Shown: positions 13,501 through 25,428 of the stretch, in pieces
Layout: each line of letters starts with the position of its first letter
Position numbering within the stretch: the first letter of the stretch is position 1
Assembly (NCBI GenBank): GCA_964016885.1
Contig: OZ024744.1
Location: 118,048,001-118,112,000, forward strand
DNA from: Eledone cirrhosa
Lineage: Eukaryota
DNA: 64,000 nucleotides
Direction: 5' to 3'
Notes under the pieces: model-generated
Database searches by the model: none
What the model saw: only the letters and a program-made list of their open reading frames with translations
What the model was told of the DNA's origin: nothing
Program-made: the position numbers and the translations under genes

Positions 13501-15553
13501 AGTATCAGAGCTGTGATCTCTCAATTCACTGATTCTTTGCTGAGACATTCTAACCACATGTCCACAATATCAGAGTTGTGATCTCTTAATTCAGAGATTC
13601 TTTCCTCAGACATTCTAACCACATGTCATAGTATCAGAGCTGTGATCTCTCAATTTAGAGATTCTTTCCTGAGACTTTCTAACCACATGTCATAGTAACA
13701 GAGCTGTGATCTCTCAATTCAGAGATTCTTTCCTGAGACATTCTAACCACATGTCTGTAGTATCAGAGCTGTGATCTCTCAATTCAGTGATTCTTTGCCG
13801 AGACATTCTAACCACATGTAGTATCAGAGCTGTGATCTCTCAATTTAGAGATTCTTTCCTGAGAGATTCTATCCACATGTCATAGTATCAGAGCTGTGAT
13901 TTCTCAATTCAGAGATGCTTTCCTGAGACATTCTAACCACATGTCATAGTATCAGAGCTGTGATCTCTCAATTCAGAGATTCTTTCCTGAGACATTTTAA
14001 CCACATGTCATAGTATTAGAGCTGTGACCTGTTAATTCAGAGATTCTTTCCTGAGACATTCTAACCACATGTCCATAGTATCAGAGTTGTGATCTCTCAA
14101 TTCAGAGATTCTTTCCTGAGACATTCTAATCAGATGTCATAGTATCAGAGCTGTGATCTCTCAATTCAGAGATTCTTTCCTGAGACATTCTAACATGTCA
14201 TAGAATCGGAGCTGTGATCTCTCAATTCAGTGATTCTTTGCTGAGACATTCTAACCACATGTATGTAGTATCAGAGCTATGATCTCTCAATTTAGAGATT
14301 CTTTCCTGAGAGATTCTATCCACATGTCATAGTATCAGAGCTGTGATCTCTCAATTCAGAGATTCTTTCCTGAGACATTCTAACCAGATGTCATAGTATT
14401 AGAGCTGTGATCTCTCAATTCAGTGATTCTTTCCTGAGACATTCTAACCAATTGTCCACATTATCAGAGGTGTGATCTCTCAATTCAGAGATTCTTTCCT
14501 GAGACATTTTAACCACGTCATAGTATCAGAGCTGTGACCTGTTAATTCAGAGATTCTTTCCTGAGACATTCTAACCACATGTCTGTAGTATCAGAGTTGT
14601 GATCTCTCAATTCAGAGATTCTTTCCTGAGACATTCTAACCAGATGTCATAGTATTAGAGCTGTGATCTCTCAATTCAGTGATTCTTTCCTGAGACATTC
14701 TAACCAATTGTCCACATTATCAGAGGTGTGATCTCTCAATTCAGAGATTCTCTCCTGAGACATTCTAACCATATGTTATAGTATCCGAACTGTGTTCTCT
14801 CAATTCAGAGATTCTTTCCTGAGACATTCTAACCACATGTCATAGTATCAGAGCTGTGATCTCTCAATTCAGAGATTTTTTTCCTGAGATATTCTAACCA
14901 CATGTCATATTATCAGAGTTGTGATGTCTCATTTTAGTGATTCTTTCTTCAGACATTCTAACCACATGTCATTGTATCAGAGCTGTGACCTCTTAATAAA
15001 GAAATTATTTCCTGAGACATTCGAACCACATGTCAGTAGTATCAGAGCTGTGATCTCTCAATTCAGAGATTCTTGCCTCAGACATTCTAACCACATGTCA
15101 TAGTATCAGAGCTGTGATTTCACAATTCAGAGCTTCTTTCCTGAGATATTCTAACTCCATGTCCATAGTATCAGAGCTGTGATCTCTCAATTCAGAGATT
15201 CTTGCCTCAGACATTCTAACCACATGTCCATAGTATCAGAGTTGTGATCTCTCAATCCAGTGATTCTTTCCTGAGACATTCTAACCACATGTCATAGTAT
15301 CAGAGCTGTGATCTCTCAATTCACTGATTCTTTGCTGAGACATTCTAACCACATGTCCACAATATCAGAGTTGTGATCTCTTAATTCAGAGATTCTTTCC
15401 TCAGACATTCTAACCACATGTCATAGTATCAGAGCTGTGATCTCTCAATTTAGAGATTCTTTCCTGAGACTTTCTAACCACATGTCCATAATATCAGAGC
15501 TGTGATCTCTCAATTCAGAGATTCTCTCCTGTGGCATTCTAACCACATGTATG
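10510..15553. repeat. 64/65-bp tandem array (~78 units), LINE-derived
   Basis: Unit gagattctttcctgagacattctaaccacatgtc(c)atagtatcagagctgtgatctctcaattca; the minus strand reads IERSQL(R/*)YYGHVVRMSQERI. Confidence 0.97.
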
Positions 15554-16525
15554 ACATATATTTGACACTTGATAGGTTTGCTGCCAAGTACAAATTAATG
15601 TGGCCTCTACAAATACGTGATAAAAATACATCTCATTTGTGTATATATATGTATATATATATATTTTTAGAACCATTAAGTGTGTGTGCGTATGAATGTG
15701 CATATGTATGTATGCTTTGTACATTCATCAAAGCAGAGAGTCATGAAATAAGCACTAGACTTGTGAAAGAAAAAAAGAAAAGATATTACTGGTGTCATGA
15801 TAGATCAAATGTAAGCAATGCTTCAGCATGGTCACAATCTGATGACTTAAAACTAGTGAAATAAAAGAACAAAAAAATTATAATAAAATAAAGTAAAATA
15901 AGATAAATTGTCTAATTCTTACCCATTCCTAACGCAATTTCGGTCATACTGCGACACAAGGAGTCAAGGCTGTCATTTATTTCTCGGTCCATTTCCATCA
16001 CTGCTAAACAAAACAAAACAAACAAACAAATAAAAATATATATATAAAATAAACGGTGAACGAGAAGAAAAATAGCCCCCCCCCCCCTCCTCTGATAATG
16101 GTTTTTGGAATATTAAATTGCTACAGTAACTTTCAGTCTTTCTTTTATTTTGCTTTCTCAATTCCCTTCTCACTTCCTTCGTAATGTAACCTACTTGTAC
16201 GGCTTTCTAGATAATTCACTGACAATACTCAGCCACTTATATGTTTGTTAATTCAACGAACCGGCTGTTGACAAAACAAGGTCCATTCCCAAAACAAAAC
16301 TAAATATTTACATGTATTCAACAAATTGGCAGCAAACTATGAGTTTAGTATGTCAGATAGAATTCTTTGCAGTATTCGTTCTGGCTCTCTGAGTCCAAGT
16401 CCCACTAAGCTCAACCTTAACTCTCACTCATTCAAGGTCGATAAAAAAAGTATCTGTCAAGTACTGGGGTTGATTTTTCTTTTATAACTTTCTCACTTCC
16501 TTTCTCTCATTCTCTCTCTGCACAC

Positions 16526-16570
16526 ATATATATATATATATATATATATGATGATGATGATGATGATGAT

Positions 16571-16620
<50 letters not shown>
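16526..16620. repeat. Compound microsatellite (TA)n-(GAT)n-(GA)n
   Basis: Read directly from the sequence. Confidence 0.9.
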
Positions 16621-16621
<1 letters not shown>

Positions 16622-17002
16622 GGACAGAGAGTGAGTGAGACACACACATGTAGCAGTCAATTACTGGGTCAATTTTCCTCTATATCTCTTTCTCACTTCT
16701 ATTCTCTCACTCTCTCTTTCCTGCTGTATTCCTAGAAATGGTGTATGTGAATATGGTACCGATTGCCCCTCGAGTTATGAGACCATGCAGACAACATTAC
16801 AAATGTTAGCACCAAAATGAAAGACTGTGAAATGTCTTTAGGTTTACTCAGTATCAATCATATACCATTGTCTACTGTAAAAAGGAAGAATTCTCTTTGG
16901 TAAACTAAGAGCATCCTTTCCTAACCTTAAACTATTGATTTTGGTGAGGAAGAGCAAATCACATGTTAGAATATCTTCATGTCTTTAAAGCAACCAGTAA
17001 TA

Positions 17003-17185
17003 TAAAATGGGTGACTGATAAGTTCATAGGCTGACTATGAAGAAATGATGCTAGAGCTGTGAAATTAATTGCACTTCTTTTTATCAATAATCGCATTCCA
17101 GGAACTATGTTGAAAAATAAACCTTCTTAGGTCATTCCATGAGAGTATCTTGGTCAGTCTATGAACTTTTCAGCTGCCCCTTGTA
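17003..17185. mobile_element. Small mariner-like MITE
   Basis: Imperfect TIRs gggtgactgataagttcataggctgac and gtcagtctatgaacttttcagctgcccc, with TA-rich flanks. Confidence 0.6.
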
Positions 17186-17984
17186 TTATATTTATATATA
17201 CTATACAGTGGTGGCCATAACTGGATTCTGAAACCTAAGGTCTCACATACATGTTAAATGTATGAAACTTAATATAAACTAAATAAGCTCTCTTGCAATA
17301 TATTGAGCATTGTTTTCCTTGGCCTTTTATCTACGGATATCCTGTATAAGAGACCTGTTACTTTTATCCAAAGACATTTTTTCCAATTCCACCCCACCAT
17401 CCCCTCAATCTATCTTATTTCTCATTCTTTCTTCTGATGAAGGACTAGCGTCTGAAATGTTAAGACCATCTTCCTGCTATTTAAGCGTTAACCTAATATA
17501 TTCCTGTACCAATTGTGTTGTTATTTCTGTTTACCTTTTACATACATCTTATCTTATCTCACCGTTTTACGTCCGTTCTTCCACACTAGCATGGATTGGA
17601 CGGGTTGTCCTGCTGTGAGCAGTGTCCAGTCGGCTGACCTTGTCTTGCTCATATGGGAACTGATTCTGGCTTGATTTCTACAGCTGTATGCCCTTCCTAA
17701 CACCAACCTCATTTACAGTGAGTGCTGGGTGCTTTTTTCTGTGGCGCCTACACGTCCACTTTACAGTGAGTGCTGGGTGCTTTTTTGGCGTGGCACCTCC
17801 ACGACCACTTTGCAGTGGAATGATAGGGACTCCAGTCCCTATCATCTCATTTCTATAGCTGAGTAAACTGGAGCAATGTGAAATAAAGTGTCTTGCTCAA
17901 AGAAACAACACATATATATATTGCTAAAACACCGGGAGGTTGCATCCGTAGTAAGTAGCCCACTCAGTCCAGAGGACGAGTTCT

Positions 17985-18146
17985 ATATAGAGTTAGTTCC
18001 ACAACAAGTCAGCAAACCATTCTCGAGGACATGTGTTTCACCTAACAGATTCAACCCGTCACTTCAACCTTATACAAGTTGAAAATCCATTCAGTGAAAC
18101 ATGTCCTTGAGTATGGTTTGCTAATTTGTTGTGCAACTAACCCTGT
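17985..18146. mobile_element. Hairpin MITE with ~70-bp imperfect inverted arms
   Basis: gttagttccacaacaagtcagcaaaccattctcgaggacatg pairs with catgtccttgagtatggtttgctaatttgttgtgcaactaac. Confidence 0.7.
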
Positions 18147-18489
18147 CTCTCTCATATATATATTTTAGTCAATTGTTGACACTAAGAGATGCAGTGTAGC
18201 TGTTATAAACTGGATACACACAGTTTATATTTAAATTACAAGATAATAAATAAAGATATTTGAACTAATCACCACACACACACACAATTAAATTAAACAT
18301 ACCTGACTTGGGTAAAACATAATTCATCTGGGAAGACTGGCTAGGAGCAGACTGCGTTTTAGTAACAGCTGATTTTACAGGCTGAAAAAACATTTACAAG
18401 TATTTTATGGCAATGGAAAGGAAAACTAGTTTGAATTGGACATAATGCAACAATGGATCACAGACTGGCAACTCAAGCTGACTTCGGAC

Positions 18490-19320
18490 AAGTGTACCAC
18501 CATGCATTTTGGGAGTAAAAACACAGCGTCCACATAATCCCTCCACAACACTAATATCAAGAAGTCTTCTTTGTGAACGTGACATGGGCATTACTGTCAG
18601 CAGCGATTTGCGTTGGACAAAGCACATCTCTAAAATTGTCAAGAAGGCCGAGGGTGTCTTGGCATCACTCAGCAAGACCTTTGTCAGCCACTCTCTGGCT
18701 ATCAAAGCTGTATATAGCTATGGTGTGGCCACACTTAGAATTTGCATCACCAGTCTGGAATCCCTATCTTGCTCAGAACATTGACTTCCTGGAAACTGTT
18801 CAGAGACATGCAACCAAGCGAATACCCTCCATCAGGCATCTACCATACTCTGAACGTCTTGCTTCCCTGGGCATGGAAACATTGAAGCACTGATGTCTGA
18901 TAACTGACTTGGTAAACACCCACAGAATTATTAACCATCTTGCCAACAACAACCCTGTGGACAATTTCCTTGTGTCTAACACACATGGACATGCCCACAA
19001 AGTCAGAAAACAGCACAACTCCCATGACTTTCAGAAACAATTTTTCACTCTCAGAGTTGCTGAATGATGGAACAAACTCCCTGCATCAGTTGTTAGCTGT
19101 CGAGACACTGCATCCTTTAAAACCTTCAAGCTTCCCAAAATTCGCCAACATTATGCCTGATATTCGCCCTCAATATACATGCATGTATTTTGTGTGTATA
19201 TCATGATTCATACACTATTCACTTCCCTGACATTTGTACATTATTCTATGTACTATACATGCATCTTTGATGAGTTGTAGTGCACCTGAGCACTGTACAC
19301 AATAATTTTCATTATTATTA
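18490..19320 (+). mobile_element. 5'-truncated CR1-like LINE (RT C-terminus, 3' UTR and (ATT)n tail)
   Basis: Frameshifted ERDMGITVSSDLRW..HI and PHLEFASPVWNPY...LETVQRHATKRIP...YSERLASLG, typical of the CR1/L2 group. Ends in cattattatta. Confidence 0.88.
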
Positions 19321-19455
19321 TATTTAACCCTCCTTTCATCCTTACGGGGTCGATAAAATAAAGTACCAGTCACGCACTGGGGTCAATTTAATCGACTTTC
19401 CCTTCCCTCAAAATTGCAGCCTTGTGCCTATATAAGAAACCATTATTATATTTAA

Positions 19456-19667
19456 CCCTTTCATGACCACATTTCTAATGAAATACAGTTTATTTTAATT
19501 AATTAATTAATTAAGAATTTTAAGGGATTTACTAAAATAGCAACTTAATGTAAGGTTCTTATATAAAATTATGTTGGAAGATTTCAATTTAAATTGGAAG
19601 CTTTTAAAGTGGGTGGTTTTATTTGATAGAACCAGAGCTGGTTTTGGCTGGGATGGTAACTAAAGGG
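19456..19667. mobile_element. piggyBac-type MITE
   Basis: TTAA|CCCTTT ... AAAGGG|TTAA termini with the TTAA target duplication at 19452-19455 and 19668-19671. Confidence 0.7.
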
Positions 19668-20429
19668 TTAAATAGGGACTCTTTATAATGGGTGGTTTTA
19701 TTTCATAGAACCAGAGCTGGTTGCTTTTTGTTGTGCCACCAACACCCCAACTTTACAGTGTGTACTGGGTGTTTTTTGTCATGTTGTACTACCAACTGAA
19801 CCACTCCACAGGGTGGACCAGGCACATTCTGTTGTGCCACAAACAGTCACCTTACAGGGTGGGCTGGGTGCCTCCAAAAGTTGAAATAGCTGTAAAATAG
19901 CCCAATGCTGGGGTCCGGTTAAAATATAACCTCTTATGATGAATGGAAGGATGGTCAAAAGATTCAAAGAGAGAGAGAGAGAGAGAGAATGAAAAGAATA
20001 GAGTGTAAAGTATGTGATGAGAGATGGGAGAGGTATAGAAGTGAGAGGGAGAAGGAAAGAGGAAATGACAGTGATGGGGCATAACATTTGACAGAGGGGG
20101 TGGGGGGTAATAAAGATAACACTTTGGTGGAGAAAAGTTGAAGAACATAATATAAAGAACTATGGCATCACCTCATCAGCCTCCTTCTAGCCATGTGATT
20201 TCACGTATAAAAAGCAAGTATCCCGCATTTAAGGTTAGCACATGCAACAGAAACAAAATAACTGTTGTTATGACGCTGGTATATAAGTAAAACATAACGA
20301 GAACAGTAGAGGCATGTCCGTACAGGGCTGAGACTGACCAAAAAAGAGGCAGTCTCCTAGTCTGATAGAAGCTGCAACGGCAGGTGAGAAAATAAACAAA
20401 GTTAAAGACTTACCTGTCACCTGGTACCA

Positions 20430-20510
20430 TTATCCGTTCATCTTCAAAAGCCAAACTGGCTCAATATATGTATGTAAACTTGATATCATGAATCTCAAAT
20501 GAAGAAATAG
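20430..20510 (-). CDS. SAMD4: Possible stop-containing exon of the Smaug gene (exon 20414-20510; LFLHLRF...KMNG*)
   Basis: tttacag acceptor, in-frame stop at 20430-20432 and a CAG|GTAAGT donor at 20413. No recognisable protein similarity. Confidence 0.35.
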   Translation of the reverse strand, partial: LFLHLRFMISSLHTYIEPVWLLKMNG

Positions 20511-20629
20511 CTGTAAAGCAGCCAGATGCAGTAATAAATAGCCAGGTGTAGGGTTCAAATATAACCTCTTATGAATGGAAGGACAGTCAGAGAAGAGAGA
20601 GAATGTAAAGCAGATTTGATTATACATAC

Positions 20630-20834
20630 CTCTATTTGATTTGTAATGACGCTGGGGGTATAGGAACTTTTTCTACTTATTGGAATGTGACCAGAACCTA
20701 TAACTGAAGACCTTTTAGAACCAAAACTCCATTGAGATAGACCGGCAGCAGTAGGTTTCTGTGGATCCCGCACTGTCCTGGGACCCCCTATCCTCATGTT
20801 AGAGTTGCCGCAAATAGGATATGTGTTGACCCAA
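20630..20834 (-). CDS. SAMD4: Probable Smaug/SAMD4 C-terminal low-complexity exon
   Basis: Strong polyT-ccag acceptor and GTATGT donor. Phase 2 entry fits the previous exon. Open frame WVNTYPICG...SVITNQIE in unique, non-repeat sequence. Confidence 0.7.
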
Positions 20835-21239
20835 CTGGAAAAAAAAACCACGTATATATACATATATATAAAGACAAGATGGTGTAAAACAGAACAAAGA
20901 GGACACACAAAGCATCAAAAGTAACCACTGAAGAGGTGACAGACTGTGTGATGAAAGAACTTTGACAATTAACTAGAGAACCATCTAGTTATTAAATTAA
21001 CTGATGGAAAAATTAGTTACTTAACCAATAATAATAAATTGAAGTGAAACTCCACTGATACTTTACTCCAACCACAAGTCATCTCAGAAGGTCACAAAAG
21101 GTTGTTACATAAGAATTCCTAGTTGTCCTCTACATTATCAAAATATCTCTCAGTTTCCACACCCTCTGTTTCCATATTTTCCTGTGTGTATTTTCTGTCT
21201 TATGTTTATTTTGATGTCACTAATAACCTACGCTCAGCT

Positions 21240-21710
21240 GTGTATTCCTCCCCAGGGACGGTTTTAGTATTTATTATAGTCCGTTCGTCTTTTTATCTAA
21301 AAAGTAAATAGTCAATCTGGCTTGTATCTTCACCTGATTGGTAGCTGATCAAATGGCTGGCTGGTTTCCTGAAGTTAGTGTTACAAATAGTTAGTTCATC
21401 CACATCACAGAATACCAGGAGTCTCATTTCCTCTATATTTCTTGAGCCATAACCATAGCCACCCTGTACCCCAGTGTAGCCATCCTGGTACTGCCTCACA
21501 TGTCTATTAAAGTCACCTGCCCAGATGATGAGGTCTCTGTCATCAGTAACTGAAGTTGTTTGTAAAGGTTCCTCATAGAACCTGTCTTTACTCAGTCCTG
21601 CCTGTGGTCTGTAGGTCGAGGTTATTGTCACCATTCTATTCCCTACATCTATTCTAAGCTATTCTGTCACTCTAACTACTTCCATCACCTTATCTATCCC
21701 TTTTTCAGTT
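21240..21710 (-). mobile_element. RTE LINE AP-endonuclease fragment
   Basis: AGDFNRHV, GGYGYGSRN.E..RLL.FC, ICNTNFRKPASHLISYQSG...SQIDYLL. Confidence 0.88.
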
Positions 21711-21984
21711 AGTAATGTAAGCATATAACTGGATTTACTAATTATAATATTCCGTTGACCCTTGTGATGCGTGGCAGATTGTCGTGCTTGGTGTTGAGTT
21801 GATGGTCGATTTGCTCGCTCCCATTCCATCCTTCTCTGGTCATATATTTTAGTGTTGTTTTTGTGAGGTTCCTAGCAATATTTAATTGTATTTGTTATAT
21901 GGGCTTATATTTGTGTTTTTCAACAGCATCATATAGGTGATGTGAAAGAATTGTGACCAATTTGTTATGTTATTTAAGTATATC

Positions 21985-22178
21985 ATTATCATTTTACGTC
22001 CACTTTTCCCTGCTTGCAAGGGTGGGACAGGTCCTATTCAGCACAGCATCTCTCCACTTGTCACGGTCCTTTGTCATCTCCTCCGTGAGTTTCAGCGATC
22101 TGAGGCCTGCTCTCCCCACCTCCGCCCATGTTTTTCGTGGTCTTCCTCTACTGCGTCTTCCTTCTACTGGGATTTCTT
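21985..22178 (-). mobile_element. RTE LINE 3' end
   Basis: Homologous to 27730-28040 (inverted) and 39180-39360; encodes GRPRKTWAEV; (GAT) tail. Confidence 0.85.
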
Positions 22179-22292
22179 GTATATATATATATATATATAT
22201 GCAGAGGTTATATTTAATTTGTTGGGATTCAACAAGCTTAAAAATGTTTATATCTGATATAAAGCACTCAACAGATTAGTGGAGAAAATACA

Positions 22293-24006
22293 CAATGTAT
22301 TAATAAATGGAAACTATATTTATTTTATTATACATATTTCAAGGGCAACCAAGGCAAATTATGGTGCGCTTTCATCAGATAAAATACAGATTTGTTTCAT
22401 AAATAAATATTGACATACCCGGAAAAAAAGACAACCTTAACGGTTGGAACTTCCTGGATAGTGGAGATAGTACATTTATTGAGGGTGATACAAAATTATG
22501 AGTGAGTATGCAAATGAGTGTCCGAAAGGTTGAAAAGATAACGGTTTATTTAAATTAAACTGTTGGAAGAAGAAGATGTGTGAGGGAGAGAGAAAAAAAT
22601 AGAAAGAAAGAAAAAAAGAAAGGAGAAAGATAGAAGAGGAAAGAAAGAACGATTATATATATTGATAGTGAAAATAGAGTGCAGGAACAAATGAGTTTCA
22701 AAGGATAAATATACACAGCATAAGTATATCTAAGTGAGAGAAGAAATGAGATTAACGTGGAAGAATAATATTTATAATGCAGGATTCATTACGTTTTGAT
22801 TATAATACTTATAATGATAGGTTGAAAAATTTGATTAAAATTAAATTAAAAATTAGAAATCAAAATTAAAGATTAAAATTTACCTTAATATTAAAGATTT
22901 AATTTAATAATTTAATATTAATAATTAGTTTAAATGTGTATGTTAAGTATTATATATTATTTAAATAAATATATATTATTTTACATTAGAGCAAATCTAG
23001 TATAGTTTATTTTATTAAAAGTTGTAAGTCAAAAATTTAAACATCCAAATAATTCTAAATTTATGAAAAATTTACGAGAGTTTACAAAAGAATAACCACT
23101 TAGTTATATTATAGAAACAGTAAGGAAGTGTAAAGGAAGTTAGAAGTGATTTTTTAAGAACTCAGATGAGATCTTAAGGAATAAATGTTATAAAGTTAAA
23201 AAGTTAAACATTTTTTTATCTTAAGAATATAATTAAAACAAGAACCATGTGTTATTTTATACGAAGTCATAAATTTACTTGCTATAAAGTTAAAACATTT
23301 AAAAAAAATTATCTTAAGAATATATTTAAAGCATAAACCATAGGTTATTCCACTTATATATAAAAAACATACACATTTAAACTAATTATTAATATTAAAT
23401 TATTAAATTAAATCTTTAATATTAAGGTAAATTTTAATCTTTAATTTTAAGGTAAATTTTAATCTTTAATTTTGATTTCTAATTTTTAATTTTAATCTAA
23501 TTTTTCAACCTATCATTATAAGTATTATAATCAAAACGTAATGAATCCTGCATTATAAATATTATTCTTCCACGTTATTCTCATTTCTTCTCTCACTTAG
23601 ATATACTTACGCTGAAACTCATTTCTTCATGCACTCTATCTTCACTATCAATATATATAATCGTTCTTTCTTTCCTCTTCTATCTTTCTTTCTTTTTTTT
23701 CTCTCTCCCTTACATCATCTTCTTCCAACAGTTTAATTTAGATAAATCTTTTCAACCTTTCGGACACTCATTTGCATACTCACTCATAATTTTGTATCAC
23801 CCTCAATAAATGTACTATCTCCACTATCCAGGAAGCTCCAACCGTTAAGGTTGTCTTTTTTTCCGGGTATGTCAATATTTATTTATAAAACAAATCTGTA
23901 TTTTATCTGATGAAAGCGCACCATAATTTGCCTTGGTTGCCCTTGAAATAAGTATAATAAAATAAATATGGTTTTATAAATATAGTTTCCATTTATTAAT
24001 ACATTG
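22293..24006. mobile_element. Foldback element or long inverted repeat (~650-bp arms, ~420-bp AT-rich spacer)
   Basis: 22293-22944 is the near-perfect reverse complement of 23366-24006, e.g. caagggcaaccaaggcaaattatggtgcgctttcatcag versus ctgatgaaagcgcaccataatttgccttggttgcccttg. No ORF. Confidence 0.9.
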
Positions 24007-25428
24007 TATATATATATATATACATATAATTAGGATTTAGCTTCATAAATAGCTGTATACAGATATGTATTGAAATTTCGTATCTCTAAAGAAATACGGT
24101 ATGTTTATGGATGAACATTTAGAAAGCTGTAGCTATGCAAAATACCGGGGGGGCTATCGCCCTCTGGTGTGTCCAGAAAAAGCAAGGGAGACAATCGTTG
24201 ATGCATTTCGAACTTAACTGGTTCTCTTGCGACTGCTAGATTTGAAAACATGAGAGAATATATATATATATATTATTTAATAAAAACTTAATATGTTTAT
24301 TCACACATCTTCTAATGTAAGTAAACTTATATTTGCAATTAAATGCACTTTTGCTTGCATTTCGTACAATGCTTGGTTTGGCTCAAAATAAATATTATTG
24401 TACCATAATAAATTATGCTATGAAATTTGGGAAATTAGCCCTTCACACTCTAGCATTTATACTGCCTGTATCTGGCCAGAATTCTCTCACCTCTTTCTGT
24501 TCAAACTGGCCATACCTGGCCTCTCATACCAAATTTAAGGTATTGTTCTCAAAATAAATAATATCAAAATCTCGCAGATTTGATATTGTGTGAAGTAAAG
24601 CCTTTACTGTGAAAATACAACAGTATATATAGAGTAATGTAAATGTTATGCGAGATATTATGTGAGGTAAAGCCTTTACTGTGAAAATACAACAGTATAT
24701 ATAGAGTAATGTAAATGTTATGTGAGATATTATGTGAGGTAAAGCCTTTTCTGTGAAAATACAATAGTATATATAGAGTAATGTAAATGTTATGTGAGAT
24801 ATTATATGAGGTAAAGCCTTTACTGTGAAAATACAATAGTATATATAGAGTAATGTAAATGTTATGTGAGGTAAAGCCTTTACTGTGAAAATATAATAGT
24901 ATATATAGAGTAATGTAAATGTTATGTGAGATATTATATGAGGTAAAGTCTTTACTGTGAAAATACAATAGTATATATAGAGTAATGTAAATGTTATGTG
25001 AGATAGAGCCTTTACTGTGAAAATACAATAGTATATATAGAGTAATGTAAATATTATTTGAGGTAAAGCCTTTACTGTGAAAATACAATAGTATATATAG
25101 AGTAATGTAAATGTTATGTGAGATATTATGTGAGGTAAAGCCTTTACTGTGAAAATACAATAGTATATATAGAGTAATGTAAATGTTATGTGAGATATTA
25201 TGTGAGGTAAAGCCTTTACTGTGAAAATACAATAGTATATATAGAGTAATGTAAATGTTATGTGAGATATTATGTGAGGTAAAGCCTTTACTGAGAAAAT
25301 ACAATAGTATATATAGAGTAATGTAAATGTTATGTGAGATAAAGCCTTTACTGTGAAAATACAATAGTATATATAGAGTAACGTAAATGTTGATTATGTG
25401 AGGTAAAGCCTTTACTGAGAAAATACAA

